Source: Candidatus Poribacteria bacterium (GTDB lineage: Bacteria; Poribacteria; WGA-4E; WGA-3G). Taken from it: DNA of 64,000 nt. The stretch covers positions 2,912,001 to 2,976,000 of the forward strand of contig OZ243938.1 of NCBI GenBank assembly GCA_965214095.1, given 5' to 3'. The position numbers were made by a program, and so were the translations under genes. Shown one piece after another: positions 59,376 through 64,000 of the stretch. Each line of letters opens with the position of its first letter. Position 1 is the first letter of the stretch. The notes beneath the pieces are model-generated. The model did no database searches, was not told the origin of the DNA, and saw nothing but the letters and a program-made list of their open reading frames with translations.

Positions 59376-61562
59376 TTATTTGAGACGTATTGCCTCACGC
59401 ACGAGACCGATGAGTTCATTTTGCTGAGACGTGCGTTGATGTGGAAAAGGAAAAGTCCCTTCAAGTGTTTTCTCTACTGCTTCTAAAGTTCCCTCCAGTG
59501 CCCAGTAGCTGCCGCGAAGGATTTCTGCGAATTCTGCAACGGAAGCAGCAAGTTGATATGAAACCGATGTTTCTTCAAATGTGCCTTTAAGTTCACTCGT
59601 AAACATTTCCCGACTGACTTCCGTAACAATTGTGGTGTCTGGGTCTTCATGCCGGATGGAGACAGTCGCAAGTTTTCCGGTGACATCATCGCTTAGAAGT
59701 TTAATCTCATATAGGGCAGTGACACTGTGTCCTGAACCGATTTCTCCAGCGTCAACATCGTCATCGCGGAAGTCCTCATCATCAAGTCGCCTGTTTTCAT
59801 AACCAATCAGCCTGAAACGACTTACTGTTTCAGGATTGAATTCAACTTGAACTTTAGCATCTTTTGCGATAACTTGCAATGTGCCGGTCAAATTTTCTAC
59901 AAAGATTCGTCTTGCCTCATCAAGCGTATCCACATAGGCATAATTTCCGTTTCCATTATTTGCCAGTTGTTCCATAAGAATGTCGTTGTAATTGCCCATA
60001 CCGAAGCCAACGGTAGTTAAATAGATACCGTGCTCAACATAGTTTTCTATTTCAGTCAGGATACCTTCTGCTCCTGTTATTCCGATATTTGCCACACCAT
60101 CTGAACATAGGATCACACGATTGATATAGTCAGGACTGAAATTCTGAAAAGCAAGTTCGTATCCTACTCGTAATCCAGCCACAGCATTCGTTGCCCCTTC
60201 AGGTCTAAGCGAATCGATTGCTGCTAAGATATGTTCACGATTTACATTTCGTGTATGTGGCAGCAAAACTCTGGCGTTAGTGCCATAAATTACTATGCCT
60301 ATCTCGTCACCATCACGGAGTTCGTCAACAAGCAGTCTCAAAGCCTTTTTCACCAATTCCAGTCGGGTCTCCAAAGACATTGAGCCAGAGACATCAATTA
60401 CAAATGTAAGTTTCGCGTCTTTTCGGTCTGCGTCGGGAACAACGTATCCTTGTATACCGATTTGCAGCAATTGCAGCCGTTTTCCCTCGCCAAATTTGGA
60501 AGGTGCACCTTCAAGATGGATAGCAAACGTATCATCAGTGGGTGGTGTATACTCATAATCAAACGCATTGACAAATTCCTCTACACGCACAGCTTCGGGT
60601 GGTGGCAAGTATCCATCTCTGAGATAACGGCGGGTAACAGCATAAGAAGCGGTATCTACATCCATGCCAAACGTTGAAAAGACATCATCCTCTGTATCAA
60701 TAAATGGATTTGTTCCATGTGCCTGAAAGAATACATCTTGATAAGGAGCACTGTTGGGAGGATTTAATATAGAAGAGTCTGGAACAGTAGGAGGAGGTAC
60801 TCCGCCTGGAGGAACAGGTGTAGTTGCTTCTACTGCGTCAGCAACAACATCAAGATCGGCATCTACGGGTAAAGTAGATCGAGCATCAGTAGACTCAACA
60901 ACCGGAACTACTTTGCCGAAGTATTGTGCAACAAACACAAGGTCTAAAATATTGACGTTTCCGTCTCTATTTACATCTGTACGCGTGTTGACTATTGGAG
61001 TTATTCCGATACTTTGCCCCACCAGTGTCAAATCAAGGATATCTACCATTCCATCTTCATTCACATCTGCAAGTGATGTTCTTTCAACAACCATTCCATC
61101 AACGACCATCACATCCAAGGACATCGCTGCATTATTATATAGAGATAAATTCCTAAATATGATTGCAGAAGTCTTTTCTGCAACTACCTCAAACTGTATG
61201 GTTGCAAGCGTTCCATTTTCCGATGTGGCAATACCTGTTGAAGAGGTTGCAGCGATGGAAACACCATCCGAAGTATTTATTACTGAAGCTGCAAATGTCC
61301 CTGTAGGGACGTAAGCTCCATTTGTGCTTTCCATATAGCGAAGGGCAGTCGGGTCAAAGCCAATGATCATACTATAGGCTGCGATGTCTTTACCACCTGT
61401 TATCTGTATGTTGAGTTGTATGTGTTCTCCGACTGCTGGAGATGGAATTTGCTCAGGTGATACAGAGACAATCGCAGCACCATAACCCAATACTGTAAAA
61501 CTCAGTCCTATAAGAACAACGAAACTGAGGATAAGATGGTTTTTCTTGAATTTTTTCATCAT
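59376..61562 (-). CDS. Exported cohesin-dockerin-vWA (YfbK-like, DUF3520) protein
   Basis: Signal peptide; cohesin-like FDPTALRY...GTLATIQFEV; dockerin ADVNEDGMVDILDL and TDVNRDGNVNILDL; Pro-rich linker; STFGMDVDTASY, DVSGSM, IAKDAKVQVEFNP, DAGEIGSGHSVTALYE. Confidence 0.9.
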   Translation of the reverse strand: MMKKFKKNHLILSFVVLIGLSFTVLGYGAAIVSVSPEQIPSPAVGEHIQLNIQITGGKDIAAYSMIIGFDPTALRYMESTNGAYVPTGTFAASVINTSDGVSIAATSSTGIATSENGTLATIQFEVVAEKTSAIIFRNLSLYNNAAMSLDVMVVDGMVVERTSLADVNEDGMVDILDLTLVGQSIGITPIVNTRTDVNRDGNVNILDLVFVAQYFGKVVPVVESTDARSTLPVDADLDVVADAVEATTPVPPGGVPPPTVPDSSILNPPNSAPYQDVFFQAHGTNPFIDTEDDVFSTFGMDVDTASYAVTRRYLRDGYLPPPEAVRVEEFVNAFDYEYTPPTDDTFAIHLEGAPSKFGEGKRLQLLQIGIQGYVVPDADRKDAKLTFVIDVSGSMSLETRLELVKKALRLLVDELRDGDEIGIVIYGTNARVLLPHTRNVNREHILAAIDSLRPEGATNAVAGLRVGYELAFQNFSPDYINRVILCSDGVANIGITGAEGILTEIENYVEHGIYLTTVGFGMGNYNDILMEQLANNGNGNYAYVDTLDEARRIFVENLTGTLQVIAKDAKVQVEFNPETVSRFRLIGYENRRLDDEDFRDDDVDAGEIGSGHSVTALYEIKLLSDDVTGKLATVSIRHEDPDTTIVTEVSREMFTSELKGTFEETSVSYQLAASVAEFAEILRGSYWALEGTLEAVEKTLEGTFPFPHQRTSQQNELIGLVREAIRLK

Positions 61563-61626
61563 TATTTTCCTGTGTGATTTTGTTGGTGTTTCTTATTTAG
61601 GCAGAAAAGAGAAAATAGATGAATCT

Positions 61627-62367
61627 CTACATCTCCAACGTATGTGTCAACGGTTCCCAACCAAGCAACCGTTTTGCTTTTGAAAGATTGATTTCTTTCT
61701 GCTCATAGTCACCTGCGATGAAGAATGCATTGAATCCTTCGTGTTCTACCGAAATTGCAGCAAGATAAGCACGCGCCAAATCCTCCTCATCTGTCCACCA
61801 AATATGTACCGACGAGTCTTTTGGTTGTGCGCGCCGTTCTAACCACTGTTCACGTGTAGATGGACCTGTTATTCGTAGAGCAATTAGGGACATTTCGTGT
61901 TCGCGTGCAAAGTATTCACAGACCTGTTCACCGAAACTTTTGGTCAATCCGTAGACACCGGGATTATCTCGCGGAACAATATCTTCATAAGGATAACTAT
62001 TTCGGGTGCGTTCATGCACGGTGAAAGTGCTGGTGTAAACACCGTGCTTAATTCCTGCTTCTTTTGCAGCATGAAGAAGAATATGAAGTCCCTTTGCATT
62101 CACATCATAGTTTGCAATGATGTCAGGAAAATCTGCGACAGATGACCGATCACTTGTAGGACGCAACATCACCATGTAGACAAACGTGTCCATTCCTTTC
62201 AACGCTTCTTGGACAATGTCCACATCCGTTACAGACCCCTGTATATACTCAATGGATTCGTCTTTAGGTGGAGACAAATCAAGTACGCGGAAATTGTGTT
62301 GTTCCTTCATATATGGGAGTGTCATGGTTCCAACATGACCGGAACCACCTACAAGTAGCACATTCAT
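61627..62367 (-). CDS. NAD-dependent epimerase/dehydratase (extended SDR, uronate dehydrogenase-like)
   Basis: GGSGHVG, YGLTK (YxxxK), AKRLLGWEP. Confidence 0.88.
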   Translation of the reverse strand: MNVLLVGGSGHVGTMTLPYMKEQHNFRVLDLSPPKDESIEYIQGSVTDVDIVQEALKGMDTFVYMVMLRPTSDRSSVADFPDIIANYDVNAKGLHILLHAAKEAGIKHGVYTSTFTVHERTRNSYPYEDIVPRDNPGVYGLTKSFGEQVCEYFAREHEMSLIALRITGPSTREQWLERRAQPKDSSVHIWWTDEEDLARAYLAAISVEHEGFNAFFIAGDYEQKEINLSKAKRLLGWEPLTHTLEM

Positions 62368-62452
62368 TGTGTTTCCTCAAATTATGTTAGTATTGAATTA
62401 TCTGAATATCCATTAATATCGTAAGTTAAAATTATTGCTGCGATGGAGATGT

Positions 62453-64000
62453 TTAAGGTAAATTAGAAAAGTCCCACAGCAATATCGTACCATCGTTTCC
62501 ACCGCTTGCGAGTATCTTGCCATCTGGACTGAATGCCAAACTATCAACTGAACTGGTATGTCCCTTTATGGTTTTGATGTGTTCCCACGAGTTAACTTTC
62601 CAAACATGAATTCTGCTAGCTAAATCTAAATAATGCGTATCTCCACACACAAGTATGTTTTCATCAGGACTAAGTGCCACACTCTGGACACCATAGAAGC
62701 GTTCCAATCTTATCGTTTTGAGATGTTCGCCAGTGTTGATATGCCACAAATCGATTCTGCCGGTAATAGAACCCTCCTCACCGTCGTTCCATCCACCAGT
62801 GATAATCATATTTCCATCCAGAATGTAGATTAGACTGTTAATATTACCTATTTTTTCTTTGAAGGTTTCTTGGTGTTCACCTGTGTTGGCATCAAATAGG
62901 TCAATTACACCTCCACTAATTGCAATCGTATTTCCATCCGGACTGAAAACAATACTATTGACATAATTCGTATATTCTGTGAGAGTTTTGTGGTGTTTAT
63001 CGGAATTAATATCAAACATTCGGATTTCCTTCCCGCCACCACACACGATTACGTTGCCATCTGGATTGAAGTCAAAACCACTAACCGATCCTAGTTGTCC
63101 ATTGAGGGTTTTGCGGTGTACATAAGTGTGTGCATCCCATAGACGAATGGTATTATCATAGCTCCCTGATGCGATTTTGTTTCCATCTGGACTATATGCT
63201 ACGCGTGTGACACGTCTTGTATGTCCAGTGAGCGTTTTGATGATTTTTTTCGTGTTAGTGTTCCACAAGCGGATAGTATTATCGAGATTTCCGGCGACTA
63301 TAGTGTTTCCATCTTGACTATAGACCACACTGGTAACCGAATCGGAATAACCACCAATCGTTTTCAGAAGTTCCTTCGTATGTGCATCCCACACTCGGAT
63401 ACCATCCGAACTCCCACTTACAAATGTCATACCATCAGGACTAAATACTATACTCACAGCAGGAATTTCAATAAAATCGTTAAATACAACAGTGTTGGAA
63501 TCCCATACACGGATACCATCATCACCTGCACTGATGAGTGTCTTACCATCTGCACTGAAAACCACATCTTTGACCTGTGCAGTATGTTTGAGGGTTTGGA
63601 GTAGTACATTTCTGTGAGCGTTCCAGAGACGGACAGTTTTGTCATCACTCGCACTCGCAATTATGGTCCCATCTGGACTAAAAACTATACTGTTGATACT
63701 TTCAAACTTATCATGACCTATAAGAGTATTGGTAAGTTCACCTGTGTGAGTATTCCATAAGTAAAGGTTGTTGTCTCCACGTTGATTGCCACCCACGATT
63801 GTTTTTCCATCCGGACTGAAACATACACTCAAAGGAGCATACGGTCCTCCGAATGATTTGAGAAGTTCGTCTGTGTGGAGATGCCATAAATCGATTACCG
63901 GTGCAGTGCCTTCAGGAGTTCCACCGCTACTCACAATAGTATTTCCATCCGGACTGAATACGACACTGTTTATCCAATTAACATCTGAAGATAAAGTCTT
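62453..64000 (-). CDS. WD40-repeat protein, 5' end outside the window
   Basis: The frame stays open to 64000 (KTLSSDVNWINSVVFSPDGNTIV), so the track start at 63934 is internal; repeated GH...FSPDG...W motifs. Confidence 0.92.
   Translation of the reverse strand, partial: KTLSSDVNWINSVVFSPDGNTIVSSGGTPEGTAPVIDLWHLHTDELLKSFGGPYAPLSVCFSPDGKTIVGGNQRGDNNLYLWNTHTGELTNTLIGHDKFESINSIVFSPDGTIIASASDDKTVRLWNAHRNVLLQTLKHTAQVKDVVFSADGKTLISAGDDGIRVWDSNTVVFNDFIEIPAVSIVFSPDGMTFVSGSSDGIRVWDAHTKELLKTIGGYSDSVTSVVYSQDGNTIVAGNLDNTIRLWNTNTKKIIKTLTGHTRRVTRVAYSPDGNKIASGSYDNTIRLWDAHTYVHRKTLNGQLGSVSGFDFNPDGNVIVCGGGKEIRMFDINSDKHHKTLTEYTNYVNSIVFSPDGNTIAISGGVIDLFDANTGEHQETFKEKIGNINSLIYILDGNMIITGGWNDGEEGSITGRIDLWHINTGEHLKTIRLERFYGVQSVALSPDENILVCGDTHYLDLASRIHVWKVNSWEHIKTIKGHTSSVDSLAFSPDGKILASGGNDGTILLWDFSNLP

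Noticed and set aside
9058-63660. Numerous 60-220 aa antisense or overlapping track ORFs inside long genes
   Set aside because: They are shadows of well-supported genes and have no independent motifs.

Overview
A 64-kb, AT-rich bacterial chromosomal segment with no rRNA, tRNA, CRISPR array or transposase that I can see. The gene content (sulfatase, two PhyH dioxygenases, many secreted TPR/LamG/LRR/WD40 proteins, a cohesin-dockerin protein) resembles Candidatus Poribacteria; this is inference from protein style, not a database result. Layout: a partial sulfatase; a TPR-lipoprotein amidase plus GHL10 hydrolase pair; PhyH; two unannotated tandem 33-aa membrane microproteins; a 23.6-kb block of six exported repeat proteins (three nested TPR/LamG paralogues including a 3065-aa giant, then three LRR/WD40 paralogues) with visible domain insertion, deletion, frameshift and 3'-end homogenisation; a MoxR/DUF58/vWA operon interrupted by a DUF4143 ATPase behind a palindromic tandem array; a DUF3696 ATPase with a truncated PIN-like partner; rho-rpmE-prfA-prmC; a mycobacterial Sdh1-like succinate dehydrogenase; a cohesin-dockerin-vWA protein; and a partial WD40 gene. 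The most unusual non-coding signal is a set of nested miniature elements: GTAG-type REP hairpins and doublets sit inside TA-ended MITE-like shells, and one shell occurs both empty (39 bp) and filled (129-130 bp), differing by exactly 90 bp between two CTACA repeats.
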